32,000 bases of DNA from Candidatus Saccharimonadota bacterium. Lineage in GTDB: Bacteria; Patescibacteriota; Gracilibacteria; UBA1369; 2-02-FULL-48-14. The stretch covers positions 1,140,001 through 1,172,000 of the forward strand of contig JBAZVE010000001.1 of assembly GCA_041661045.1 (NCBI GenBank), written 5' to 3'. Below the pieces are notes generated by a model that made no database searches, was not told the origin of the DNA, and saw only the letters and a list, made by a program, of their open reading frames with translations. Of the stretch, positions 1 to 8,642 are shown piece after piece (the first letter of the stretch is position 1; every line of letters begins with the position of its first letter). The position numbers and the translations under genes were made by a program.

Positions 1-1007
1 TTTTCAAAAAGATCTTCGGTGCTGATTTCTTTATTCACCTGTTCTTTGAGGAATTTCTGTAAACGGCTCAAAGTGTACTGCTCTCCATTTATGTTTTGAG
101 CCTCGATGATTCCATCTGAATAGAGCACCACAAAGTCATCGCTTTCCAGTATGATTTTCTTTTCTTGAATAAATGGACTGATGTCCGGGAGCATGCCCAC
201 GGCAAGTCCTCCGGCACGAATAGCGTCCACCTCTCCGGTGCTTGTTTTAATGTGGATCAAATGCTCGTGCCCGGCTCCAACCCAGTGCAAGGCATGTTCT
301 TGAGGCACCCATTCCAGGAGCACCATGGTCATGAACATGCTGGGCTTTAGATGGGGCTTTAAATATTGATTGAGGCGAATCAGTGTAGACTTGAGTGTGC
401 TCTCCAGCTCAATGAAAGTTTCTAAAAGCACATCCACCATCACCATCACAATTCCCGCTGGGATTCCGTGGCCGGTGGAATCTCCAATATAAAGAAGGTT
501 TCGATCTTCTTTGAGGAAAAAATCGAAAGTGTCGCCGCCAATTTCAGAGGCGGGCCTGGTCTTTGCGGTGATTTTAAGTCCGGGAAACTGTGGGGCGGTT
601 TTTGGAATCAACATTCGTTGTATGTCTTGTGCCGAACTGAGTTCTTTTTGAATACGCACATGCGTTTTGATGTCTTGGGAAATGTTCTCAAGGTTGCGCG
701 TCACCTCATTAAAGAAATGAGCTAAAACACCAAGTTCGTTCGTTTTTGAGGTGTATATTTTTCGGTAAGGCTTCCCTGTGAGCAGCGCCTTCATCTCATG
801 AATGATTTTTGTGAGAGGTCTTTGGATTTTGATGACAAAAATTGCTAAAAAACTCAATACTAAGAAGAGGAGCGCCGCGGGGGCCGCGAACTGCGTGGCG
901 AGATGGATTGTTCTTTCCAGGAGGAAGAAGAGGCCGAATGCTAAAATTCCGCTTATCAAGCTCGGCAGGAGTATAGACATGAAAATGGAGCGGCGGAGTT
1001 GAGACAT
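1..1007 (-). CDS. Membrane-anchored HAMP + PP2C/SpoIIE-family serine phosphatase (RsbU-like); 3' end cut by window edge
   Basis: Absent from the ORF track because it runs off the window. Reverse-strand translation from the ATG (rc of 1005-1007) gives MSQLRRSIFMSILLPSLISGILAFGLFF. It has two N-terminal hydrophobic helices and a HAMP-like linker (NELGVLAHFFNEVTRNL), then SpoIIE/PP2C motifs SEIGGDTFDF, YIGDSTGHGIPAG and VLYSDGIIEA. Frame checked by hand at 540-542. Confidence 0.85.
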   Translation of the reverse strand, partial: MSQLRRSIFMSILLPSLISGILAFGLFFLLERTIHLATQFAAPAALLFLVLSFLAIFVIKIQRPLTKIIHEMKALLTGKPYRKIYTSKTNELGVLAHFFNEVTRNLENISQDIKTHVRIQKELSSAQDIQRMLIPKTAPQFPGLKITAKTRPASEIGGDTFDFFLKEDRNLLYIGDSTGHGIPAGIVMVMVDVLLETFIELESTLKSTLIRLNQYLKPHLKPSMFMTMVLLEWVPQEHALHWVGAGHEHLIHIKTSTGEVDAIRAGGLAVGMLPDISPFIQEKKIILESDDFVVLYSDGIIEAQNINGEQYTLSRLQKFLKEQVNKEISTEDLFE

Positions 1008-1014
1008 CTCTGGC

Positions 1015-1020
1015 ATTATA
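1015..1020 (-). promoter_or_regulatory. Perfect TATAAT -10 hexamer 7 nt upstream of the phosphatase ATG (possible leaderless transcript)
   Basis: The reverse complement of 1015-1020 (attata) is TATAAT. Only 1008-1014 (7 nt) separate it from the ATG at 1007. No -35 was evaluated. Confidence 0.35.
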
Positions 1021-1040
1021 GCTAAAGTTTTTTAAATCTT

Positions 1041-3440
1041 CTACTGCTTCATTTGTCTGCTGGTCAGCACCTCTTTGATCTTATGTACCTCGTGGTGGGC
1101 GTTTATTTTTTGGTAGAGCTCGTGGAGTAAATGTAAAGACTCCTCCGGTAGGGAAGTCCAGTTGAGGTCCTTTTCTTTTGAAAGTATTTGGTTGATTTTT
1201 TCACTGATCCTCAAGTCCAATGCGTTTTGGAGTAGGGCTCTGAACTGTTTTGGAAATTTAGCCAAAAGACTGAAGGATTTATGAAACCATTCGTGGCTCG
1301 GGTCACTCAAGGCTTCCACGAGATGGGGGATGGTGCTTTCTTCTTCCATTTGTCCAAGCGCCAAAAGCACAGCTTTTTTAATTTCCGGAGAACCATGATT
1401 GAGATGTTTTTTAAGCTCTTCTTTAAAACTCTTTTCTTTTACAAAGCCACAGGCTTCGATGCCTTTTTTTAAGACCTCTTCTTTTGGACTTTCCAACATT
1501 TGCTTGAGGTGATGTCGGAGTTCGTTCCCGAGTGTTTTGAATTGCCATAAGGCGATGATGGAAGCGGCTTTTACCCCTGGATCTCTGCTGCTGAGCTGTC
1601 CTTCCAGGTAAAACTTAAGGTTGGGGTCGTGGAAAAGACTGAGCATTCTTATGAAACTTGCCTTTTGTCTTCCCTCTTTTTTAACGCGTTCCACAAGGAA
1701 TTCCGTTAAGGCGTCTGGGGCCAAGTCATGAAAAACCAGTACCAATTCTTCTCGAATGGCCTCCACTTCTTCCTCATTGAGTCGATTTTTAAGAGCTTCG
1801 ATGACGCGGTATCTTGTAAAAGATTGGTCAATGAGGTGTTCTTTGAGTTTGTGGAAATGGCTTAGGGCCTCAGCGGCGGCGAGTCGCAATCGTTCGTTCT
1901 TGTGATCCAGCATCTCCAAAATACTGGCGATGGAATCAGGGTCTTCTTGAAGCCCGAGTGTGTTCAAAATATCTTCTTTAATGATTTCCGGTTCGCTGCT
2001 TCTTTTTAGAATTTTTTGTAAAGCGTTTGTGGTTTTCTCATGGCCTTTTTGTGCCAAGATTTCTATCGCGTTGAGCCGAGTGGGGAGATCCAGTTTGTGG
2101 CTCAAATTTTCCTCGGACATGTGTGTGTATTTTTTCCCTAAACTCCAGCACAGTACGGCCATGCCTCCACTCAAAAGCACCAAAGTGAGATTGATGGCCA
2201 GGGACTCTGTGGCTCCGTTCAAGCCAAAGGCGAGTCCAATCATCAGCAAGGTTCCCAAGATGGCTCCCAGTGGTTTCATAACTCCTTGCATCCATTCTTT
2301 TACATCCATTCTCATGGAATGAGGGATGGCGTAGTACGAAGAGTCGTAGGCGTTTTTGAAAAGGATTCCCGTGAGCTCGTATCCTCCTCTCGCCATGGAA
2401 GCGCTAAAAAAGTTGAAACGAAGCAGCATCCAAATCATATTGAGGAAGGTCACCAAAGGGTGCAGCAACATGCTGGCGGTGATTCCAAGGAAGGAAAGAA
2501 TGCGGCCCGCTACAATCAATTGCATAAAAAGAGCGGCGCTATTGAAGATGAGATGCAGTGTCCCTAGTTTTTGTGTGATGTCGTGCTGGTAATCCTCGCT
2601 GCTGGGTTCTGCCGCCAAATGCACCTCATCTCCGGACTCCATGACCAAGGTCTCTTCTTGGGTGGAATACACATCCTGTTGAATGGCTTTTGTGTATTGG
2701 AATTCAAGCATATTGATGATGGCCCAATGGAAAAGGATGACCAACATCAATGTTTTTAAAAAAGGAATTTTCCTAAACTCTTTAAAGCTGTCTTTTAGTT
2801 TTTTATGTGTTTTTTCTTCGTGTGCTTCAATATGGGGAACGGGCATGGTCTTTGGATTGAAGAGTAGAACCACCGGTAAAATAGCGAGCGCCAAAAGAAC
2901 ACAAATAAGGATGAATTTATAAGTGGGGAGCACTTCGGCAAACACGGTCAAACTCAAACCTCCAATAATACCTCCCACGGTTTCTGCGGATTCGATGATG
3001 GGGAAGCACCGTTGGCTTTCCAATGGGCTGAAAAGCTCTTCATTGAATAAGGAAATCAGGATATTGAGTTGGGATAAAAACACCGATTCGGCGATGAGGA
3101 AAAAGACGAAAAAGAGAAGCGTGTCTCGTTCCAAGAAGAAGAGCGAACCCAAAAGGCTTATGGCGGCCAAAAATACAATACTGACCACCAGCAGTTCTCG
3201 GCGAATTTTATGAATGATTTTTCTAAAACCAAAGGCTCCCACCATCATAAAAAGGGCATTGATCAGGAAAAGTCCCGGGAGTAAGTCGATTCCCACTTTG
3301 CTCAAAAAGACCGCCAACAAAACACTTCCTCCAATAATAAAGCTCGTTCTTATGAGGAAAACCAGCAGCCACGCCACAAGAATTCGCGGGAGTTCCGTGC
3401 TGGATACATTGAGCAGTTTGGTGAGCTTTTCTCCGAACAT
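1041..3440 (-). CDS. Polytopic MFS-like (possibly ATP/ADP-translocase-related) membrane domain fused to a C-terminal HEAT-repeat domain
   Basis: Track ORF 1041..3491 begins at a TTG. The first ATG (rc 3438-3440, MFGEKLTKLL) lies 22 nt downstream of TGTTATAAT, so I call 799 aa. The N-terminal ~470 aa has about 11-12 hydrophobic segments. The C-terminal ~330 aa has HEAT/PBS-lyase-like repeats (LRLAAAEALSHF, DPGVKAASIIALWQF, SPEIKKAVLLALGQM, IPHLVEALSDPS). The transporter family assignment is tentative. Confidence 0.7.
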   Translation of the reverse strand: MFGEKLTKLLNVSSTELPRILVAWLLVFLIRTSFIIGGSVLLAVFLSKVGIDLLPGLFLINALFMMVGAFGFRKIIHKIRRELLVVSIVFLAAISLLGSLFFLERDTLLFFVFFLIAESVFLSQLNILISLFNEELFSPLESQRCFPIIESAETVGGIIGGLSLTVFAEVLPTYKFILICVLLALAILPVVLLFNPKTMPVPHIEAHEEKTHKKLKDSFKEFRKIPFLKTLMLVILFHWAIINMLEFQYTKAIQQDVYSTQEETLVMESGDEVHLAAEPSSEDYQHDITQKLGTLHLIFNSAALFMQLIVAGRILSFLGITASMLLHPLVTFLNMIWMLLRFNFFSASMARGGYELTGILFKNAYDSSYYAIPHSMRMDVKEWMQGVMKPLGAILGTLLMIGLAFGLNGATESLAINLTLVLLSGGMAVLCWSLGKKYTHMSEENLSHKLDLPTRLNAIEILAQKGHEKTTNALQKILKRSSEPEIIKEDILNTLGLQEDPDSIASILEMLDHKNERLRLAAAEALSHFHKLKEHLIDQSFTRYRVIEALKNRLNEEEVEAIREELVLVFHDLAPDALTEFLVERVKKEGRQKASFIRMLSLFHDPNLKFYLEGQLSSRDPGVKAASIIALWQFKTLGNELRHHLKQMLESPKEEVLKKGIEACGFVKEKSFKEELKKHLNHGSPEIKKAVLLALGQMEEESTIPHLVEALSDPSHEWFHKSFSLLAKFPKQFRALLQNALDLRISEKINQILSKEKDLNWTSLPEESLHLLHELYQKINAHHEVHKIKEVLTSRQMKQ

Positions 3441-3462
3441 GGTTTGGGTGAAGAATCTTGTT

Positions 3463-3471
3463 ATTATAACA
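3463..3471 (-). promoter_or_regulatory. Extended -10 element TGTTATAAT for the MFS-HEAT gene
   Basis: The reverse complement of attataaca (3463-3471) is TGTTATAAT. It lies 22 nt upstream of the ATG at 3440 and inside the TTG-extended ORF, which argues for the shorter start. Confidence 0.4.
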
Positions 3472-3520
3472 TGTTTTAGCCGTATGCGCAAGCGTCTCTA
3501 ATCTGGACACCCATTTTTTT

Positions 3521-3529
3521 TGCTAAACT
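3521..3529 (+). promoter_or_regulatory. Extended -10-like TGCTAAACT 7 nt upstream of the murJ ATG (possible leaderless transcript)
   Basis: tgctaaact at 3521-3529; ATG at 3537; no Shine-Dalgarno sequence in between. Confidence 0.3.
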
Positions 3530-3536
3530 GCTTGAG

Positions 3537-5057
3537 ATGAAGATTCCAAAGCTATCTCAGGTTGGATTGGGGGCCTTGCTCTTGGCCCTGTCTTCGGTTG
3601 CCAGTAGGGGTTTGGGGATTTTGAGAGATTTTGTGTTTGCCAAGGTCTTTGGTATTGGAACGGAAGGAGGCGTGTTTGCATTGGATGCTTACTACATGGC
3701 TTTTCGTATTCCTGACCTGATTTATTCACTGCTTATTTTGGGTGCGCTTTCCGCTGCTTTTATTCCACTTTTTGTTCGTCTCAAAACACAAGGAGAGGCG
3801 CGGGCATTGGAGTTTGCCAACCGAGTGCTCAGTGCGGTTTTCTTTTCCTTATTTTTTCTTGGGTTGATTTTTTACATTGTGGCACCGTGGCTTATCCCGA
3901 TTTTTGCCCCCGGTTTTGACGCGGAGCTCTTGGATCTGGTTGTTGATTTGAGCCGCATCCTTTTGTTCTCGCCTTTGTTTATGGGTTTGAGTGGGATTCT
4001 TCAGGGGATTGAAAGCGTTCATAAAAAATTCTTGGGTTTGGCCTTGGCTCCCATTCTTTACAATGTCAGCATTATTTTTGCGGCTATTTTCTTTGCGCCT
4101 CGGTATGGGGTTTATGCTTTGGCTTTTGGTGCCAGTTTTGGAGCCTTTCTTCATCTTTTGATTCAAATCCCCGGAGTCTTGAGGACAAAATTTCGCTTTC
4201 AAATTTTGTGGCCGAAACTCACTCAAGACCTTAAAGAATTTTTCTCTTTGGCTCTGCCGCGTGTTCTTGGAATGTCGGCCTCTCAAGTGACGCTCTTGGT
4301 GGATTTTGCCTTGGCCTCCACTTTAGGGCTGGGAAGTTTGTCCATTTATAGTTATGCCTTGAATCTTCAAAGTTTCCCTTACGGGGTTTTAGCGGTTTCT
4401 TTTTCGGTGGCGGTTTTTGCCACGCTTTCGGAGAAAGCTTTGCTCAAAGACAAGAAGGAATTTATAGAGCTTCTTAGGTATTCTTTTCATTCCATTTGGT
4501 TTTGGGCTTTTCCCGCCGTACTTGGGCTTTTTCTGCTCCGTGAACCTTTGATCGCGGTCATTTTAAAAGGGGGAGCTTTTGATACCGCTGCGGCGAGTCG
4601 CACCGAACAAACCTTTTCCATTTTAATATGGGGAGCTTTGGCTCAGAGTTTGATTCCTCTTTGGTCTCGGGCTTTCTATGCGCTCTCCAATACAAAAACT
4701 CCGGTCTTGTTGGCCGTGCTCACCATGGCACTCAATGTTGTTTTGAGCCTTGTTTTCACACAAGTTTTAGATTGGTCCACCGCGGGCTTGGCGGCTGCAA
4801 ACCTTATTGCTTCTTCTTTTAACGCCTTGCTGCTGCTCATTTTTCTTTCCAAGACACTCAAAACCTCTCTACTCAAACTGCTTTCCTTAAAAACCTTTTT
4901 TTATAGTGTGTTGGCCGCGTTCTTCATGACTCTTTCCATTCTCTTTTTCCCCGAGCTCCCGATGATTCCCGCTTTTGCACGACTGCTCCTGCTCTCGGCC
5001 ATTGGGGCTTTGGTTTATCTTTTGCCCTTCAAGTTCATTGTGATCCAAAAATCTTGA
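3537..5057 (+). CDS. murJ: Lipid II flippase MurJ (MviN family)
   Basis: The N-terminus SRGLGILRDFVFAKVFG...ALDAYYMAFRIPDLIYSLLILGALSAAFIPLF is canonical for MurJ. The 506 aa are hydrophobic throughout, consistent with a 14-TM MOP-superfamily profile. Confidence 0.93.
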   Translation: MKIPKLSQVGLGALLLALSSVASRGLGILRDFVFAKVFGIGTEGGVFALDAYYMAFRIPDLIYSLLILGALSAAFIPLFVRLKTQGEARALEFANRVLSAVFFSLFFLGLIFYIVAPWLIPIFAPGFDAELLDLVVDLSRILLFSPLFMGLSGILQGIESVHKKFLGLALAPILYNVSIIFAAIFFAPRYGVYALAFGASFGAFLHLLIQIPGVLRTKFRFQILWPKLTQDLKEFFSLALPRVLGMSASQVTLLVDFALASTLGLGSLSIYSYALNLQSFPYGVLAVSFSVAVFATLSEKALLKDKKEFIELLRYSFHSIWFWAFPAVLGLFLLREPLIAVILKGGAFDTAAASRTEQTFSILIWGALAQSLIPLWSRAFYALSNTKTPVLLAVLTMALNVVLSLVFTQVLDWSTAGLAAANLIASSFNALLLLIFLSKTLKTSLLKLLSLKTFFYSVLAAFFMTLSILFFPELPMIPAFARLLLLSAIGALVYLLPFKFIVIQKS

Positions 5058-6004
5058 CCCACTTGAGTGGTGTTTAGCCTCTCAAAAGCCAAGGGTTCTG
5101 TGAGTGCTGCAAAAGGGAGCGCCTTTTCACCCAGCACCAGTGGAGCTTGGAAGACTTCCACTCTATCCACCTTTTTGCTTTCCAAAAAAGCCGTGAACAC
5201 TTCACTGCCTCCCTCCACCAAAATCGAGACGATTCCCTTTTCATAGAGTGTATCCAGTAAATCCTCAATATTTTGATTCTCTAAAATGAGGACATTGTCA
5301 TCGCGGAAAATCTTTGCAGTTTTTGGGAGGGCGCGCTTTCCCTTTAAAATGATTCGCAGTGGGTCGTTTCCTTCCACCAAACGAACGCCCAAGTGGGGGT
5401 CATCGCTCAGCACGGTTCCCGCTCCCACCAAAATGGCTTGATGGTTCTTTCTTAGAATATGCACTTGTCTTCGGGTTTTTTCCCCGGTGATGGGGGACTC
5501 TTCTCCTTTTTTGGCGGCGATTTTTCCATCCAAGCTGATGGCCATTTTTAGGGTGATGAATGGGCGGTTTTTTTCATGAAAAGTAAAAAACGCTTCATTG
5601 AGGGATCGAGCTGCCTCTTCCAAAACGCCTACCTCTACCGTGATTCCGGCGGCTTCAAGTTCAAGCACGCCTTTCCCATTCACTTTCTTTGAGGGGTCTT
5701 TGCAGGCCACCACCACCTTTTTAATTCCACTTTTGATGATGGCTTCCGTGCAAGGAGGAGTTTTTCCGTGGTGACAGCAGGGCTCCAGCGTTACGAATAG
5801 TGTTGCGCCTTCGGGTGATTCGGTGCAACTGTTCAAGGCTTCAATTTCCGCGTGAGGGCCGCCCCATTTTTGATGATACCCTTCACCGATCCGTTCTTCA
5901 CCCTTGAGAATGACGGCTCCCACCATGGGGTTCGGTAAAACCCAGCCTCGCCCTTTTTCGGCAAGCCTGAGGGCTCTTCGCATCTGCCAAGCGGGATTAG
6001 ACAT
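5015..6004 (-). CDS. ribD: Bifunctional riboflavin biosynthesis protein RibD (pyrimidine deaminase / uracil reductase)
   Basis: Track ORF 5015..6202 carries a 66-aa extension lying inside ribBA. The ATG at rc 6002-6004 gives MSNPAWQMRRALRLAEKGRGWVLPNPMVGAVIL. Zinc deaminase motifs HAEIEAL and PCCHHGKTPPC are present, followed by a reductase domain (ITLKMAISLDGKIA). The ATG overlaps the ribBA stop (ATGTCTAA). Confidence 0.93.
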   Translation of the reverse strand: MSNPAWQMRRALRLAEKGRGWVLPNPMVGAVILKGEERIGEGYHQKWGGPHAEIEALNSCTESPEGATLFVTLEPCCHHGKTPPCTEAIIKSGIKKVVVACKDPSKKVNGKGVLELEAAGITVEVGVLEEAARSLNEAFFTFHEKNRPFITLKMAISLDGKIAAKKGEESPITGEKTRRQVHILRKNHQAILVGAGTVLSDDPHLGVRLVEGNDPLRIILKGKRALPKTAKIFRDDNVLILENQNIEDLLDTLYEKGIVSILVEGGSEVFTAFLESKKVDRVEVFQAPLVLGEKALPFAALTEPLAFERLNTTQVGQDFWITMNLKGKR

Positions 6005-7196
6005 GTTTAAGGAGGTGTCCCAGTTTATCTTTTTTTGTTTTGAGGTATTTTTTGGAGAGTGGTCCGCTTTCGCATTCCAGCGGAATTCTTTTGGTGACTT
6101 TGAGTCCGTGTCCTTCCAGTCCCACAATTTTTTGAGGATTGTTGGTGAGCAATTCCAAGGTATTGAGTCCCGCATCTTTGAGCATTTGGGCTCCAATTCC
6201 ATAGTCTCTCAAGTCTGCCTTAAAACCGAGTTCTGCATTGGCTTCCACGGTGTCGAGCCCTTCTTTTTGTAAACGGTAGGCCTTGAGTTTGTTGACCAGC
6301 CCAATCCCTCGGCCTTCTTGGCGCATGTATAAAATCACACCCTCTCCACGGTCGGCGATCATTTTCATGGCGGCGGCAAGTTGTTTGCCACAATCGCAGT
6401 GTAGAGAATGGAAAACATCTCCTGTCATGCATTCGGAGTGAGCGCGCACCAGTACATTTTCTTTACCCTCAACGCTTCCTTTGACCAAAAGCAGACTCTC
6501 ACTGTTGTCGATGGAATTGCTGTAGACCATGATCTTAAAGGGGCCGTATTCCGTTTCCAAATCGGTCTCCACTTCTTTTTGAATCAATTTTTCTTTGAGT
6601 CGTCGGTAGGCGATGAGATCCTTTATGGTGATCATGGCCAAGCCGTGTTTTTCTGCAAAAAGCTTTAGGTCGTCTCTCCTCGCCATTTCGCCATCGTCTT
6701 TTGCAATTTCACAAATCACCCCCGCCGAAGCCATTCCGGCCAGCCGCGCCAAATCAATGGCTGCTTCCGTGTGACCGGCTCGGACCAAAACTCCTCCGTG
6801 TCGAGCGAGCAGTGGAAAAATATGTCCCGGTCGATTGAAATCACTTGCCGCGCTTTTGGGGTCCACCAGGGATTGAATCGTTTTCGCACGATCTTTTGCT
6901 GAAATCCCCGTGCTGATGCCTTGTTTGGAATCCACCGATATGGTGAAGTTGCAACGACTGATGTCGGCTTCTTCTCCGGTCATAGGAAAGAGGTCGAGTC
7001 TTTGCGCGTGTTCTTGCGTGATCGGCACACAAATCAGCCCACGGCCCTCTTTCATCATAAAGTTGATGTCTTCCGGGGTCACTTTTTCGGCGGCCATCAC
7101 TAAATCCCCCTCGTTTTCACGATCTTCATCATCCACCACAATGAGCATTTTACCCTTTCGGAATGCATCGATGGCTTCTTCAATGGGGGTCCACAT
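5997..7196 (-). CDS. ribBA: Bifunctional 3,4-dihydroxy-2-butanone-4-phosphate synthase / GTP cyclohydrolase II
   Basis: DHBP synthase motifs VVDDEDRENEGDLV, GLICVPIT and RAGHTEAAIDLARLAG. GTP cyclohydrolase II motifs RAHSECMTGDVFHSLHCDCG and ILYMRQEGRGIGL. ATG start. Confidence 0.95.
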   Translation of the reverse strand: MWTPIEEAIDAFRKGKMLIVVDDEDRENEGDLVMAAEKVTPEDINFMMKEGRGLICVPITQEHAQRLDLFPMTGEEADISRCNFTISVDSKQGISTGISAKDRAKTIQSLVDPKSAASDFNRPGHIFPLLARHGGVLVRAGHTEAAIDLARLAGMASAGVICEIAKDDGEMARRDDLKLFAEKHGLAMITIKDLIAYRRLKEKLIQKEVETDLETEYGPFKIMVYSNSIDNSESLLLVKGSVEGKENVLVRAHSECMTGDVFHSLHCDCGKQLAAAMKMIADRGEGVILYMRQEGRGIGLVNKLKAYRLQKEGLDTVEANAELGFKADLRDYGIGAQMLKDAGLNTLELLTNNPQKIVGLEGHGLKVTKRIPLECESGPLSKKYLKTKKDKLGHLLKHV

Positions 7197-7214
7197 GGCT
7201 CCAGCTTACATTAT

Positions 7215-7976
7215 TTATACCTCGAAACGCCAGAACTCATTGATGGTGTTGGATCCGATCAGATCTTTGATCAATTGGTCCGGGTTTTTCACGAAAGGTT
7301 GAGTGAGCAAGGCAAACTCTTCACGGAATTTCTTTTCCTTTCCTTCCATAATCTTTTCCCAGATTTGTTCAGGTTTCCCTTCTTGTTTGAGAAGTTCCTG
7401 CCAAATTTCTTTTTCTTTGCTGACCAAGTCCGCGCTGATGTCTTCCGGAGAAAGGGTCTTTGGATTCATGGCGGCAATGTGCATGGCAATGTCTTTCATG
7501 AGTTCGCTTTCACCATCGGACATGGAAACGAGCACTCCAATTCGATTGTTGAGGTGAGTGTAAGAATCCAGTTTTGGACCGCTTATCACTTTTCTTTCTT
7601 TCACTTCAATTTTTTCCCCAAGCTGAATGTTGAGATCAGCAATTTCGTTGCTCAAATCGGCATTTTCTCCTTCTTTAAGAAGCTTTTGAGCCAAGGCCTG
7701 TGCTTTTTTAATGAAGTCTTCGTTCTTGGCCACAAAGTCGGTTTCGCAGGCCAGGGAAATCATGGCTGCCTTATTGTCTTCTTGCACAATCGCCACCACT
7801 CCATTTGAAGTGGCACGGTCGGCTCGTTCCGCCGCCTTGGTTTCTCCTTTTTTTCGCAGTACCTCTATGGCTTTTTCTTCATCACCATTGGCTTCTTCGA
7901 GAGCGCTTTTGCAAGCGGTCATGGAAATACCGGTTCGGTCACGCAATTTTTTGATTTGATCGATAGAAACAGACAT
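7215..7976 (-). CDS. tsf: Translation elongation factor Ts
   Basis: Track ORF 7215..8255 is inflated by a Ser/Arg-rich read-through of the upstream repeat region. The ATG at rc 7974-7976 gives MSVSIDQIKKLRDRTGISMTACKSALEEANGDEEKAIEVLRKKG, the EF-Ts N-terminal domain. The ACETDFVAKNEDF core follows. Length 253 aa. Confidence 0.93.
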   Translation of the reverse strand: MSVSIDQIKKLRDRTGISMTACKSALEEANGDEEKAIEVLRKKGETKAAERADRATSNGVVAIVQEDNKAAMISLACETDFVAKNEDFIKKAQALAQKLLKEGENADLSNEIADLNIQLGEKIEVKERKVISGPKLDSYTHLNNRIGVLVSMSDGESELMKDIAMHIAAMNPKTLSPEDISADLVSKEKEIWQELLKQEGKPEQIWEKIMEGKEKKFREEFALLTQPFVKNPDQLIKDLIGSNTINEFWRFEV

Positions 7977-8005
7977 GTTTTTTGAAATTAGAGAATGTGT
8001 AAAAT

Positions 8006-8620
8006 TTATTGAATGGAAGGAGCTGCCGGAGGTGTTGGAGGTGTTGGGGGCGTTGCTTCGGGCTTCTCTTCGACGGGTGCTGGAGCTGGAGCTTCTACTA
8101 CCGGAGCTGGTGTTTCTGGAGCTGGGGTAGGAGCTGGGGCTTCCATCACTGGAGTAGCCGTTTCCACTACCGGAGCAGGCGTTTCTACTACTGGTGCGGG
8201 TGCTTCTGGAGCTGGATTTGCTGCCGGAGCAGTGTGCCCTTCGGCTTTGAACCATTTCTCGAGAGGGATTTTTTGTCCCACTTGAGTGATGATCGGCAAG
8301 TGTACTTGTTTTCCCTCAAAAGCTTGCCATGCTCCGTAGAGCACAAGGACGAAGAAGGCAAGGTTGATGAGATTCACGAGGGTCATGGTCAAAGACCAAG
8401 TGAAAGGCAGGATACTGAAAAGGATCTGGACCACGATGTTGAGGGCAAGGGCCACCACGATGATTCCGGCGGCATTCTTGGAGTGCCACACGGCCATGGT
8501 TTCTTTTCCTTTCTTCATCATCATGTAGATGAACAGGATTGGAATGATGTAGGTGAGTGCGGCGAGCCAGTCTTTTTCTTGGCTTGGCATTGCGGCATTT
8601 GAAGGCATTGAGTCGGTCAT
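8006..8620 (-). CDS. Small multi-pass membrane protein (DUF4870/Tic20-like, tentative) with a Pro/Ala-rich repetitive C-terminal tail
   Basis: ATG start. Hydrophobic helices LAALTYIIPILFIYMMM, AAGIIVVALALNIVVQILFSIL and LTMTLVNLINLAFFVLVLYGAW. A 74-aa tail follows (APAANPAPEAPAPVVETPAPVVETATPVMEAPAPTPAPETPAPVVEAPAPAPVEEKPEATPPTPPTPPAAPSIQ). The gene sits between rpsB and tsf. Confidence 0.6.
   Translation of the reverse strand: MTDSMPSNAAMPSQEKDWLAALTYIIPILFIYMMMKKGKETMAVWHSKNAAGIIVVALALNIVVQILFSILPFTWSLTMTLVNLINLAFFVLVLYGAWQAFEGKQVHLPIITQVGQKIPLEKWFKAEGHTAPAANPAPEAPAPVVETPAPVVETATPVMEAPAPTPAPETPAPVVEAPAPAPVEEKPEATPPTPPTPPAAPSIQ
8009..8230 (-). repeat. Imperfect in-frame tandem repeats (about 21-nt units and a 9-nt unit) encoding the PAPVVET / PTPPTPP low-complexity tail
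   Basis: Plus-strand units gtttccactaccggagcaggc and gtttctactactggtgcgggt are adjacent at about 8160-8201. Related copies lie near 8091-8132. ggtgttgga/ggtgttggg is tandem at 8031-8048. Confidence 0.7.
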
Positions 8621-8642
8621 AAAAGGCGTGGATTAGGAGATA

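Noticed and set aside
3441-3491. TTG/GTG-extended starts from the ORF track (3491 for MFS-HEAT; likewise 17240 for uvrC, 12154 for the second GT4 and 19579 for orphan A)
   Set aside because: In each case an ATG follows within 2-18 codons. For MFS-HEAT a strong -10 element lies inside the extension. The longest-ORF starts are therefore probably too long, though this cannot be proven from sequence alone.
6005-6202. 66-aa upstream extension of ribD (track ORF 5015..6202)
   Set aside because: It lies entirely within the ribBA coding sequence in another frame. RibD homology starts at MSNPAW, whose ATG overlaps the ribBA stop.
7197-7214. FMN riboswitch upstream of ribBA, and a T-box leader upstream of tyrS (29875-29924)
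   Set aside because: The gaps are 18 nt and 50 nt, far too short for either RNA element.
7977-8255. N-terminal 93-aa Ser/Arg-rich extension of track ORF 7215..8255 (apparent 346-aa EF-Ts)
   Set aside because: It overlaps the Pro/Ala-rich tail of the upstream membrane gene in another frame and is low-complexity. The canonical EF-Ts N-terminus begins at the internal ATG (rc 7974-7976).
8009-8602. Plus-strand ORFs 8009..8602 (197 aa) and 8013..8285 (90 aa, Gly/Ala-rich)
   Set aside because: They are antisense to a membrane protein with a coherent TM profile. They are kept open by the repeat's codon periodicity, and their products are low-complexity.
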